Origin: an uncultured Syntrophomonadaceae bacterium
GTDB taxonomy: Bacteria > Bacillota > Dethiobacteria > DTU022
DNA: 64,000 nucleotides
Direction: 5' to 3'
Assembly: GCA_964390725.1 (NCBI GenBank)
Contig: CAYMIW010000013.1
Span: 9,086 to 73,085 of the forward strand
A model generated the notes under the pieces. It was not told where the DNA came from and did not search any database. It saw nothing but the letters and a program-made list of their open reading frames with translations. This document shows, one piece after another, positions 8,625 through 18,254 of this stretch. The position numbers and the translations under genes were made by a program. How positions within the stretch are numbered: position 1 is the stretch's first letter; the number at the start of each line of letters is the position of its first letter.

Positions 8625-9391
8625 GATTATCCGTTCAAAAAGGGACATTTTACTATCACAAAAGTGAGCCTATTTTTACTAATGTTTCTTTTTTGTTAGA
8701 GCAAGGGCGAATTATGACAATATTAGGTTCTAATGGTATTGGGAAAACAACCCTTCTTAAATGTATTATGGGATTTAACAAATGGATATCTGGTAATTGT
8801 TTTGTTGATGATATGGAATTAAAGGAAATTGAAAAAGTTGATGGAATTGGATTTGTTCCGCAAGCTCATAGATCTGTTTTTAGCTTTAGTGTTGAAGAAA
8901 TGGTGTCTTTAGGTTGTGCAAGAAGGGTACCATTATTTGGGGTTCCTATAAAAGAAGATAAAACTAGTGTAAGGAGTGCTTTGCAAACAGTGGGGATTGA
9001 AAAACTATCAAATCGCCTATGCTCTCAACTAAGCGGAGGCCAACTCCAGCTTGTATATATAGCACGTGCGATAGTTAGTGAACCCCAATTAGTTATAATG
9101 GATGAGCCTGAAGCACATTTAGACTTTAAAAATCAATACATGATCCTTAATTTGATTGAAAAATTAAATATCGAAAAGAAAATATCTTTTTTGATCAATA
9201 CTCATTGTCCTGATCATGCTCTAAGAATATCTCATAATGCATTAATTTTAGGGAAAAATGAATATGTTACCGGAAAAGCAGAAGAAATAATTAATGCTAA
9301 TAATATTTTAAGTTATTTTGAAGTGCATACAAAAATATTTAAAATCCCTGGAATAACTAGGCCTGCTGATGCTTTTGTTGTTGTTGATTAA
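8621..9391 (+). CDS. ABC-transporter ATP-binding protein (BtuD/FecE-like).
   Basis: Walker A GSNGIGKTT, signature LSGGQLQ and Walker B VIMDEP. Its start overlaps the permease stop (ATGA). Confidence 0.85.
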   Translation: MRLSVQKGTFYYHKSEPIFTNVSFLLEQGRIMTILGSNGIGKTTLLKCIMGFNKWISGNCFVDDMELKEIEKVDGIGFVPQAHRSVFSFSVEEMVSLGCARRVPLFGVPIKEDKTSVRSALQTVGIEKLSNRLCSQLSGGQLQLVYIARAIVSEPQLVIMDEPEAHLDFKNQYMILNLIEKLNIEKKISFLINTHCPDHALRISHNALILGKNEYVTGKAEEIINANNILSYFEVHTKIFKIPGITRPADAFVVVD

Positions 9392-9410
9392 AGGAAAGGA
9401 GAATTTAAAA

Positions 9411-10409
9411 ATGAAATCTGCAAAAACAATGCCGGAGTATCCTGCTGGTAAAATATTGGGTATAACAAATAATATGCTAGAGGCTCAAATAATATATTCA
9501 GCGTTAGAACTTGAATTGTTTTCGCATATGGAGACTGGAAAAGATATTATTGAATTAAGCCATATGGCTAACTGTGATATAAGAAATTTAGAATTGATTG
9601 TAAAGGCTCTTGTGGCTATTGGTTATTTGAAAAAAGAGACTAATACTTACACAAACTTTCCTGAAATCAATTACTATTTAAATAAAAATAGTGATATGTA
9701 TATTGGTGAGCATATACTTTATTGGCGAGACATGACTAATTTGCATGATTTAACAAATCTCGTAAGACATGGTAGTTCTGCAGAAGGTCAAAACTTAAAT
9801 AATGGTGCAGATTTTTTTGATTTCCGCTCTATGGGAAAGAGTGCTTGTAATGTTATTTATACTGGTAGAGTTCAAAGTTTTATTAGCGCATTAGAAAAAT
9901 TGTTTAGCACTTCCGATGAAATTAACGTTTTGGACATGGGTGGTGGATCAGGAATCTTAGCATTAGAAACGGCTATAGCTTTCCCTAACTCACAGGTTAC
10001 AGTCTTTGATCAAGCAAAAGTAATTCCTATCACCATAGAAAATATTAAAAAATATGGGCTAGATAAAAGAGTCAATACAAAAACAGGGAATTTTGTTACT
10101 GACAACATTGGTAATAATTATGGTCTGATTATAGCAAGTGGTGTTATGGATTTTGCAGGTGATTTAGATCTTATGGCAAAAAAATTACATTCAGCACTAA
10201 ATAAAAAAGGGTATTTAATAGTAACGACTCACGCCATAAATGAGGATTATACTGCTCCTAAGCAGGCAATACTAGGGTGGTTATCATCAAGAATTAATGG
10301 TTTAGATATATTAAAAACAAATAAAATGATTTGTAACACTTTATATAATAATGGATTTCAAAATGTTTTTAGTAATGAAAATGGGTTTCATGGGTTAATA
10401 AAAAAGTAA
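9411..10409 (+). CDS. Class I SAM-dependent O-methyltransferase (family-2 type with N-terminal dimerisation domain).
   Basis: LDMGGGSG motif I. The overall layout resembles small-molecule O-methyltransferases. Its start at MKSAKTM follows the ATPase gene. Confidence 0.6.
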   Translation: MKSAKTMPEYPAGKILGITNNMLEAQIIYSALELELFSHMETGKDIIELSHMANCDIRNLELIVKALVAIGYLKKETNTYTNFPEINYYLNKNSDMYIGEHILYWRDMTNLHDLTNLVRHGSSAEGQNLNNGADFFDFRSMGKSACNVIYTGRVQSFISALEKLFSTSDEINVLDMGGGSGILALETAIAFPNSQVTVFDQAKVIPITIENIKKYGLDKRVNTKTGNFVTDNIGNNYGLIIASGVMDFAGDLDLMAKKLHSALNKKGYLIVTTHAINEDYTAPKQAILGWLSSRINGLDILKTNKMICNTLYNNGFQNVFSNENGFHGLIKK

Positions 10410-10820
10410 TGGCTCTTGAAATCGCCGGGATATCCGTTTCATGAATAGCCCCGCCCTCGACAAAGGGCATGAAGTCGTCGTAATACGCTTTCTCCAGCTT
10501 AAGGGATCTCATCGTCACGATGTTGCTTTCGTCCATTTTAAATTGGTAAAATAATTCGAAGATCTTGGGGTTATCCAATGAAGGACTCGGCTGTCATCCT
10601 GGCCTGCTGCTAAATAAGGCCTCCTCATAGATGATAGATTTTGTCGCGTCAACAAATTTGGACTTCACAAAGTCTTTTTTGATGTTTTTTGCATCTTTTT
10701 GAATGTCGCTCAACTCTCAGGCGGCGAGACTATCCCCGCCATTCGTGATAATGAAAAATTCACTTGACCCTGCATTGACTATTGTGATAGTATGCGAACG
10801 CACTACTCCTATAGTCTGAG

Positions 10821-11186
10821 GTGATTGAGTTGGAACTCATAAAGTTGTTTGACAGTGAATTGAAAATCATGGACATAATCTGGCGCGAGGGGAAAACCAC
10901 CGCCAGGCATATTAGCTTGATTGCCGCTACGGAAATCGGCTGGAACAAAAATACTACTTATACAGTTATTAAGAAGCTCATTGATAAGAACGCCGTTTGC
11001 CGTGAGGAACCGGGCTTCGTTTGCTTCGCGCTCATAAACCGCAGCGACGTTCAAAAAGACGAAACCGAGCGGCTGATTAATAAGCTCTGGGACGGCTCAA
11101 AGAAAGCGTTCTTTGCCGCCTTCATTGACGACCAGCTTGCCGAAGACGAGCTTGCCGAACTTAGAGCCCTGATAGAAAAGAAGTGA
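10821..11186 (+). CDS. blaI: BlaI/MecI/CopY-family transcriptional repressor.
   Basis: The 121-aa winged-helix product (ELKIMDIIWREGKTTARHI...TVIKKLIDKNAV...) is typical of penicillinase repressors. Confidence 0.7.
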   Translation: MIELELIKLFDSELKIMDIIWREGKTTARHISLIAATEIGWNKNTTYTVIKKLIDKNAVCREEPGFVCFALINRSDVQKDETERLINKLWDGSKKAFFAAFIDDQLAEDELAELRALIEKK

Positions 11187-11613
11187 CACCAATGCTATCC
11201 GAAATCTTTTACTGGGCGCTAAACATCAGCATCATCGGAGGAGCGACTGGGCTAATCGTTGCTATTGTGCGAAAGATACCAGGATTCCCGCGCTTCGCAG
11301 CGTATGCTCTATGGCTTCTGCCTTTGGTTAGGCTTTGGATTCCATTCGGCATAGCGAGCCGCTGGAGTTTGTTTGTGACGCCAAGGTTCTGAAAGCAATG
11401 GGCGAAGGTAAGGCAAAAGACTACGCCGCAGCGCTGCTGTCCTGTGCCGCCGGGCGAAGCTATTTCATCAGTGCCTTTGGCGGAGCGAAAATACAAATAC
11501 GCATTGAAAGCATTTTATCGTATAAGAGGCTGATCGTATTATCTACAGCAGCATTCGGTGTGCTGATCATCGCCATAAGCTTTGTTCTTATTACTAACGC
11601 CGTTGGAGGTTAA
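11183..11613 (+). pseudogene. BlaR1/MecR1 (M56 peptidase) sensor remnant. It is frameshifted and lacks the HEXXH region.
   Basis: N-terminal TM segment MLSEIFYWALNISIIGGATGLIVAIVRKIPGFPRF..., then a second frame reading HSEPLEFVCDAKVLKAMGEGKAKDYAAALL (a BlaR1-like motif). The two pieces lie in different frames and the gene is much too short. Confidence 0.5.
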
Positions 11614-11617
11614 GCCT

Positions 11618-12773
11618 ATGAAGCAGTTCTTCTGTTTAGTGATTGCGATCATCATCGCTTGCGCCATATCAGGCTGCGGTTCAAACCGGTAAACAGTTTC
11701 AGCCTGCACGAGACGCCGCAGATCTACGTTTTGCAAGATGGAGAACCATTCGCCATAATGCCAACAGTAACTCTTTACGAAAACGGCAACGCACGGCTCT
11801 CACAACCGCCCATCAGCAGCTTCGGACTGTTCACCATCGGGCGGTACGAGATAAACGAAAACGAATTAACGGTTACGCACAGCGAAAACGTAAGCGCGAC
11901 ATTTGAAATATCTGATAGCGGGGATACACTGACGCTGAAATCAGCGAGCTTGGGATTTACACAAGTCGGAGCAGTTTATAAATACCGTTCCAACGCTGAT
12001 TATTTAAGCCAATACCCCGAAATCGAAGGCGAAACGCTAAGCTAACAGTTGACGCTTTACACGAACTGGCGAAGAAAGCCCCAAATCTTACCGTCTCGGA
12101 CTTCGAGAAGTACGCGCATTTTGATATTGACCCGAATTACCATGTATTCGACGTTGACAGAGAATACACGCTCACAGTGATTTATGACATTGACGGCAAC
12201 ACAAGCTGCACGGTTGAGCGCAATTCGAGTGGCGAGAGTTCCCCGTTAAACCTAAACGGCTCAACTAATCTTGTTTTTGATTCATACCTCGGCTTGGCGA
12301 TCATTACAAAATACGAAACCCAAAAATGGCTTGATTATTTCATGGATGACGAACTGCCTTGGGACGAAAGCAAGAAACTGGCGCTTCCCGAATTTCCCGG
12401 CGTCATTTTTACTTGGACATCTGAAAAAGTGACAGCGGGAGATAAAGAACTATTCCAGGGAATGCCTGTATGGAACGTGTACCTGATGGACTTGACGAAT
12501 GACGGCAAGCCTGAGTTCTGTGCCTCAATTAGCTTCGGTTCCGGTATTATTGATAATCGCATCATTGTTTACGATTATGACGCAGATAAGGAATATCAAC
12601 TGGCTGACCGAATGCACTACGATTATTTTCTGTCCATGCAAGATGGGCTTCTTATGGCCACCCAAACCGGCTATATGGATAAAAAAACGCTCGTGTCAGC
12701 GGAACTGCAGCTTATTAACGGAGAGATTTTCAGGTTCGGTCGTTCAATGGAAGAAAAGAAGGAAACACCATAA
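11618..12773 (+). pseudogene. Lipoprotein gene broken by two frameshifts (signal peptide, then ORF 11659-12045, then ORF about 12048-12773).
   Basis: An ATG at 11618 gives MKQFFCLVIAIIIACAISGCGSNR and a stop. The sequence continues in the -1 frame to 12045. The third frame is open from about 12045 through 12773 and shows similar beta-rich repeats (TLTV... motifs). Confidence 0.4.
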
Positions 12774-12802
12774 ACGCTAAGGACGCATTGGACATTGCCA
12801 AC

Positions 12803-12811
12803 GGGGGGGGG
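12803..12811. repeat. G9 homopolymer tract.
   Basis: acgggggggggtatc. The tract lies between the frameshifted lipoprotein gene and the Y1-transposase stub. Confidence 0.9.
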
Positions 12812-12826
12812 TATCTTCAACTCCTT

Positions 12827-12919
12827 CGAATAGAGTATTAAGAAGTTATTGCGAGCATTACCACGGGAAGTAACATGATGTACTGCTCCAGGATATTCAA
12901 TACGTAGTAGCCTGTCCAT
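12827..12919 (-). mobile_element. N-terminal stub (about 31 aa) of an IS200/IS605-type Y1 (HUH) transposase or RAYT.
   Basis: MDRLLRIEYPGAVHHVTSRGNARNNFLIL matches the conserved YHVxxRGN N-terminus of Y1 transposases. The rest of the ORF is non-homologous junk. Confidence 0.5.
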
Positions 12920-13030
12920 AGAAACAGGCTATTGTGAAGTTTGCTTGATTGCAAAACCTGACCCCAATATGTTCGGGCTTTGGTAAAGTTTTCATGGTAT
13001 AGTTTAGTCATAACGATTCCTCCACAAAAA

Positions 13031-13600
13031 TCACATGGATTTCAAGTTGTTATTGAGCCTGTCAACGATTTTTTCAAAATCTCTTTGTCGCGCTTCTTCT
13101 GTCTTAAATGAAAAGTATCTCCTTGTGTATGTGCGCCGAACAGACGGCGACATATTATTAAAATTCTCATAAGCCGGAGATATGCCGCAGAGTTTTTCGG
13201 TGAACGATTCAATATGTTCATCGGTTATCGGATTGCCTTTGGGGGCATCCCATGTTCCATTCTTTTTCGCTGTTTCCACGGCGTTCTCACCCAATTCGGT
13301 CATAATGCCTTTTTGCCGCAACACTTCAACCGTTTTCTTGTTCTTTTCAGACCAACTGCTTTTTATGCGGCGTTTCGTAAAATATTTCAAGTATTTGGTG
13401 TTGTCAATGCTCTGCACCCGACCGTCAATCCATCCGAAACAAAGAGCTTCCTCCAAAGCATCGTTAGCAGATAAGGTAACAACTGCTTTCGTCTTTCCGA
13501 ATACGAGCCATACGCCCTCGCTTGTTTCAGAATTGTTCTGTAGCCATGCACGGAAATCCTCGCGGGTTGAAAATAGTAATTCGGTTATATCTACTCTCAT
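13031..13600 (-). CDS. YdeI/OmpD-associated family protein (DUF1801-like).
   Basis: 189 aa with N-terminal FREDFRAWLQNN, a GWIDG motif and a C-terminal RRxYxxxY segment, all typical of this family. Confidence 0.6.
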   Translation of the reverse strand: MRVDITELLFSTREDFRAWLQNNSETSEGVWLVFGKTKAVVTLSANDALEEALCFGWIDGRVQSIDNTKYLKYFTKRRIKSSWSEKNKKTVEVLRQKGIMTELGENAVETAKKNGTWDAPKGNPITDEHIESFTEKLCGISPAYENFNNMSPSVRRTYTRRYFSFKTEEARQRDFEKIVDRLNNNLKSM

Positions 13601-13748
13601 AATTATTTCTCACTTTCGTTTAGGCTGTTAAGGATTTTTCCCATAGTTTGGCCAAAAGAACCAGCTGTAGTGCCATTCCTCTTGCTTTCATCCACTATGT
13701 TAACCATAGCACAGGTTCGTTTATAGATAGCAAGTTAGACATGGCTTG

Positions 13749-16454
13749 TCATAGATCTCCTCTATCCATAATTTCTACAAACGCTCTGACCACCAGAGGA
13801 TCATATTTCCACCCGGCACAAGCTTTAATTTCTTCAATTGCTTCTTCTTTGCTAAGCTTAGCAATACTATACTTGTTAGTTCTAAAATCATAGCATTCGG
13901 CAACAGCAATAATCCGTGCTGTTATTGATATCTCTTCTTCTTTTAAACCTTTTGGATAACCCGTTCCATCCCAGTGTTCGTGGTGCTGTAGCGCCCCTCC
14001 GGCTACATCCATAGTGTCGTTAAAGAGATTAAGGATCCTGTAACCTGCAGTTGCATGTTTTTTCATCTCGAGCCGTTCATCTTCATCTAATCGACCAACT
14101 TTTTTCAATATATCATCATTAAGAATCACTTTCCCAATATCATGATAATAACCAGCATCTTTAATTCTCCGCACCTCTTCAGCAGGTAAACCAAGTTGTA
14201 ATGCAATTTTTCCACTTAGTTTACTAACATTCTGGGCGTGTAATTTTTCTCTTTCAGACTTAAAATGCAGGGAATTCACAATGCGCTTCAGCTGCTGATT
14301 ACTGTAATCCTTATACAGAATGCTCTTATTAATGTACATCGCTTCTTCTGCATCTTTAAAAAGCACCGCAAAGTCATCGCTTGTCTTTAATTTGGTTGCT
14401 CTACCCAAAGCTATGCTTCCCTTTATTGCTTTGTATCCAACCTTTTCAACATTATCTTGAATCCGTTTTGCCGTAGCATCTGCATCCTCAGCTCCTGTCC
14501 GCGGCAGAAGGATTAAAAACTCATCTCCGCCGATCCTGGCGCTAATATCATCTGCCCGGCAGGTTTTTTTTATCGCTGCGCTAATCTTCTTCAGCAATAT
14601 ATCTCCTACTTCATGCCCAAAAATATCATTGGTTAATTTTAATCCATTTATGTCGCCAACAATAATGCTAAAAGGAAGGTTCCTTTCAACATCTAGACGA
14701 TTTAGCTCTTCATATACGAATGACCGGTTATAGAGCCCGGTTACCGAATCATGGTAGGAGAGATATTTAACTCTATCTTCCACTTGTTTTCTTTCAGTGA
14801 TATCGAGAAAGGTTACCACACCACCGACAACTTCTCCATTTTTGATCTGGGGATATGAATGGTATTCAACATCAATAAATGTTCCGTCTGCTTTCCAGAA
14901 CACTTCATCATCAACATCTACACCCCTACCCCTATTAATTGCCCTGATGATTTTACAATCATCTAACATTATCATTGTTCCGTCACGGCGACTGTGATGT
15001 ATTTGGTCATGCATATTTTTTCCAAGCAATTCATCCTGGCTTTGATAACCAAGCAACTTCACGCAGCTTATATTACAAAATTTACTAATACCATCCAAAT
15101 CAACACCATATATCCCTTCAGCTGTTGAATCCAGGATCAACTGCAGATGATCTTTGTTATCCTCCAGGGCTGCATTAGCTTTATGTAAATCCTTGGTTCT
15201 TTCTTCAACGCTTGCTTCCAGGTTGTTGATCAGAAATTGCATTTTAGTGGCAATGTTATTGACGCTTTCTGATATAATCCCTATTTCATCTTTTCTGATA
15301 ACCTCTACCCGCTTTGACAAGTCTCCCGAGGATATCTCTTCGGAAGTCTGTAGCAAGTTTTTCATCGGCCGGAGGAATTTGCCGATGATTACATAATATA
15401 GAATGATTGAAAATATAAGAGCTATGACAACAAGGATGGCAGTCAGGCGGATGCTTTGAATAACGTTAATCAAATAAAGACTTTCCGGTATGGCTGAAAT
15501 AACCACCCAATCGATCCCGGAAGCTTTAATTTCCCTTATGGCAACAAATAGTTTCTCCTCTTCACCCTCAAAAATACTGTAAGAACCATTTGTCTGAAAG
15601 TGATTTTCATAAGCCTGCCGGATATCATTGTTAACAAGATCTCTAATGCTATAACGGTCTAAATTACCGTCCTCAAGAAGAGCAAAATTTTTCTCTCCCA
15701 TTGAATTAGCCACTAGTGCTCCTGTATCTTTCTCAACGATAACGGCATACCCATTGTACTCGCGCGTTGCATCTTCCAGAACTGTTCCGATGCCCGAGAG
15801 AAGCATGTGTGTTCCAATTACTCCCTGTAGTTCGCCTGCGCTATTGTAAACCGGCCTTGCAGACGATACTGTTAAGTCATCCATTATAAAATGCTTATAT
15901 ATAGGTGAAAAGATGGGCCCGTCGGTCTCAACTGCAGCCTGAAACCAAGCGCGGGTGCGGGGATCAAATAATCCAGCCTGCACAACAAGCTCCCCGGCAG
16001 TTAAGTCCTCCTTCACCGCATAATACCAGGAATTGCCGTCGGTTTCTGTATTATTTCTCATGATTTCAATAATGTTATCACTATTCCGACGCGCCCCGTA
16101 GTATTCACCATTTACTGTGCCAAAGCTAAAACTATAGACCTCATCTTCTTGCGCCTGGAGAACGCCAACAAAAAACTTCTCCCGGACCACTTCATCCGAC
16201 AGATTGAGAATGCCGTTTTCTATAATCTTATGATTGACTTCGTTGATATGTTCGGGGACATGGATTAAAGTAACTACTTGATCATAAATATTATTGCTTA
16301 TGCTTTTGGCGATCTGTTCGGTTGTTTCTTCGGCAGTTGTCCGCCATCTGTTAAAAACAAGTGATCCAATACCAAGAGTCATAGTTAACATGATAAGTAC
16401 AAACATGATGATAATAATCCCTTTAATCGGAATAATTCCGATCGGATTTTTCAT
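13749..16454 (-). CDS. Sensor protein with dCache, HAMP, PAS, GGDEF and HD-GYP domains (dual c-di-GMP synthase and phosphodiesterase).
   Basis: 901 aa. Domains in N-to-C order are a TM, a periplasmic Cache-like region, a second TM, HAMP, PAS, a GGDEF domain with RIGGDEF, and a C-terminal HD-GYP (YYHDIGK ... HHEHWDGTGYP). Confidence 0.85.
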   Translation of the reverse strand: MKNPIGIIPIKGIIIIMFVLIMLTMTLGIGSLVFNRWRTTAEETTEQIAKSISNNIYDQVVTLIHVPEHINEVNHKIIENGILNLSDEVVREKFFVGVLQAQEDEVYSFSFGTVNGEYYGARRNSDNIIEIMRNNTETDGNSWYYAVKEDLTAGELVVQAGLFDPRTRAWFQAAVETDGPIFSPIYKHFIMDDLTVSSARPVYNSAGELQGVIGTHMLLSGIGTVLEDATREYNGYAVIVEKDTGALVANSMGEKNFALLEDGNLDRYSIRDLVNNDIRQAYENHFQTNGSYSIFEGEEEKLFVAIREIKASGIDWVVISAIPESLYLINVIQSIRLTAILVVIALIFSIILYYVIIGKFLRPMKNLLQTSEEISSGDLSKRVEVIRKDEIGIISESVNNIATKMQFLINNLEASVEERTKDLHKANAALEDNKDHLQLILDSTAEGIYGVDLDGISKFCNISCVKLLGYQSQDELLGKNMHDQIHHSRRDGTMIMLDDCKIIRAINRGRGVDVDDEVFWKADGTFIDVEYHSYPQIKNGEVVGGVVTFLDITERKQVEDRVKYLSYHDSVTGLYNRSFVYEELNRLDVERNLPFSIIVGDINGLKLTNDIFGHEVGDILLKKISAAIKKTCRADDISARIGGDEFLILLPRTGAEDADATAKRIQDNVEKVGYKAIKGSIALGRATKLKTSDDFAVLFKDAEEAMYINKSILYKDYSNQQLKRIVNSLHFKSEREKLHAQNVSKLSGKIALQLGLPAEEVRRIKDAGYYHDIGKVILNDDILKKVGRLDEDERLEMKKHATAGYRILNLFNDTMDVAGGALQHHEHWDGTGYPKGLKEEEISITARIIAVAECYDFRTNKYSIAKLSKEEAIEEIKACAGWKYDPLVVRAFVEIMDRGDL

Positions 16455-16667
16455 TTTTTATCCTGCCTTATTATTTTTATGAACTCTTAGCAGCTTCATT
16501 TTGTGAATCATAAATATTATAACACTTGCTTAAACTTTAATCTAAATACTTTGGTTTTTCCTGTATATTCACCGTTTTGGCTCAACATCCCGCATATTCA
16601 TTCGGAATTAAAGCGGCTTGCTTAAAAGCATTGTTTCACCAACCATTCTTCTACTTCATAAAAAAAT

Positions 16668-16697
16668 AATGGCCATGAAAACAATGGCCATTATCAA
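16668..16697. terminator. Perfect palindromic hairpin (ATAATGGCCAT-N7-ATGGCCATTAT), a possible bidirectional terminator.
   Basis: 11-bp perfect arms. It lies in the 690-bp gap between the FmdE-like gene end and the GGDEF gene start. No clear U-tract follows. Confidence 0.3.
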
Positions 16698-17144
16698 AAT
16701 ACAGCTTCAAAATTAAAGAAGCCGGGGCATGCAATATTGCATTTATTGCTTAATCTTACGCACCGCCCTGCTAACTGAGGCATAGTGAAGACCTAAAAGC
16801 TCGGCAACAATGCTCAGAGCAAAGTTTTCCAACCTCATTTACTTCATTATGCCGCGCACAATCTGCAGATCTTCTGGCGTTGCGTCCCATTTAATCTATG
16901 GTTTTCGACCAAGAAGAATTGCATCAAATACAGTCATGTTTAACGATTTATTATCCTGATCTACATATGTCAGAGAGCCTCTGGCCATACTGATTACCAT
17001 AACCACTCAGGTGTTAACACCTAAACTCCTTGTCGTATCAGACCCGTTTCCCATTGCATTGTAATTCCAGCGGTTAAACATAAAAATATCAGGGTTGCGA
17101 AAAAATTATTGCAACGTATGCATGTCCGAAAAAAAATAGCTTTT

Positions 17145-18134
17145 TTATTTGTTTTGCTTTGCAGCACACACCTGGCAGCATAAGCCCTTATACCCGGGTA
17201 CGCATTTTTTTAAGTCAACAATTTCATTACAGATTGAGCATTTGCTGTAATGAGTGCAGCCCTGAAAACGGGGTGGGTGTATACTGACGATTGTTTTTTT
17301 AAAAAGCTGTTCATCGCTTAAATCTAAAATTTCATGAACGGCATTGTTGACAGCTATGCTATATTCTTCAATTTCAGTCTGCGAGGCTTTGCCTGAGGCA
17401 ATTCGTTGATCTATATCAACGGCACTGTCAATGATGAGAGCCTCGTCGTTAATGAGACTCAAACGCAAAACATTCACCGGCAGGTATCCTTCACCGGAGA
17501 GGCCAAAGTAGTATACCTGCTTACCCAGATCATAGGCAAAGAAATTCTGGTTGCCAATGGTACAGCCTGTCATAAGCTGAACAGCCTCAATTCCTGAACC
17601 CATGTTTTCCGCCAACGCGAACTGTGTGGAGGTTTTTTCCCGATCAAAACCCAGTTCGATACAGGCCAGAACCGAGGCCCGATAACCGACCGCAAGCTCT
17701 GGACAAACATGACCGTGATAGTGAGCCAGATTGGCAAGCTCCGCTGGTAATAATGAATAGTTGCCGACCGCATTCAGGTTGCCTTTACTCAATAACTGCG
17801 ATACTCTATTATATAGAGGTCCACTTTCTATGTTATGAAGATACTCTCCATTTACTTTGTACTTCAACAGCCACCTGCCCTGATTTAGGTCTTGCTGCCC
17901 TTTCATAAACTCAAAAGCCAGACAGTAGATACCTGTTGATGTTAGTACTAAATACTGTGGATTTTCTTCAATACTCTTAAATTTGTGCAGTAGCTTTAAA
18001 ACTTCATAGTGTTCACCACGCCATTTGAAACCGAGCGGAAGATTTTGTGAGCTGTCATACTGCACCAGCACCAGTTGCTGTATAAACTGAACATCTTCTT
18101 GTTCTATTTTTTTCATTAACTGTTTAATATTCAA
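17145..18134 (-). CDS. FmdE/FwdE-domain protein with an N-terminal extension and a C-terminal Cys4 zinc ribbon.
   Basis: HYHGHVCPELAVGYRA is the hallmark FmdE motif. The C-terminus has CSICNE...CCQVCAAKQ cysteine pairs. About 120 N-terminal residues have no recognised family. Confidence 0.6.
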   Translation of the reverse strand: MNIKQLMKKIEQEDVQFIQQLVLVQYDSSQNLPLGFKWRGEHYEVLKLLHKFKSIEENPQYLVLTSTGIYCLAFEFMKGQQDLNQGRWLLKYKVNGEYLHNIESGPLYNRVSQLLSKGNLNAVGNYSLLPAELANLAHYHGHVCPELAVGYRASVLACIELGFDREKTSTQFALAENMGSGIEAVQLMTGCTIGNQNFFAYDLGKQVYYFGLSGEGYLPVNVLRLSLINDEALIIDSAVDIDQRIASGKASQTEIEEYSIAVNNAVHEILDLSDEQLFKKTIVSIHPPRFQGCTHYSKCSICNEIVDLKKCVPGYKGLCCQVCAAKQNK

Positions 18135-18254
18135 TTTCTTGGACCCCTGTCCGGTAATTATGTCAGCCTTAAAATCAGGACATTCGTCAAATTAATAGTA
18201 GCACAAATAAATATAATGTGCTACTATTAATTAAATGATATAACTGCCGTATTT

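Noticed and set aside
10700-10820. A BlaI operator palindrome upstream of blaI.
   Set aside because: A -35/-10-like pair (TTGACT ... TAGTAT) is present, but I could not find a convincing TACA/TGTA dyad. Only the promoter is plausible, and I did not list it as a feature.
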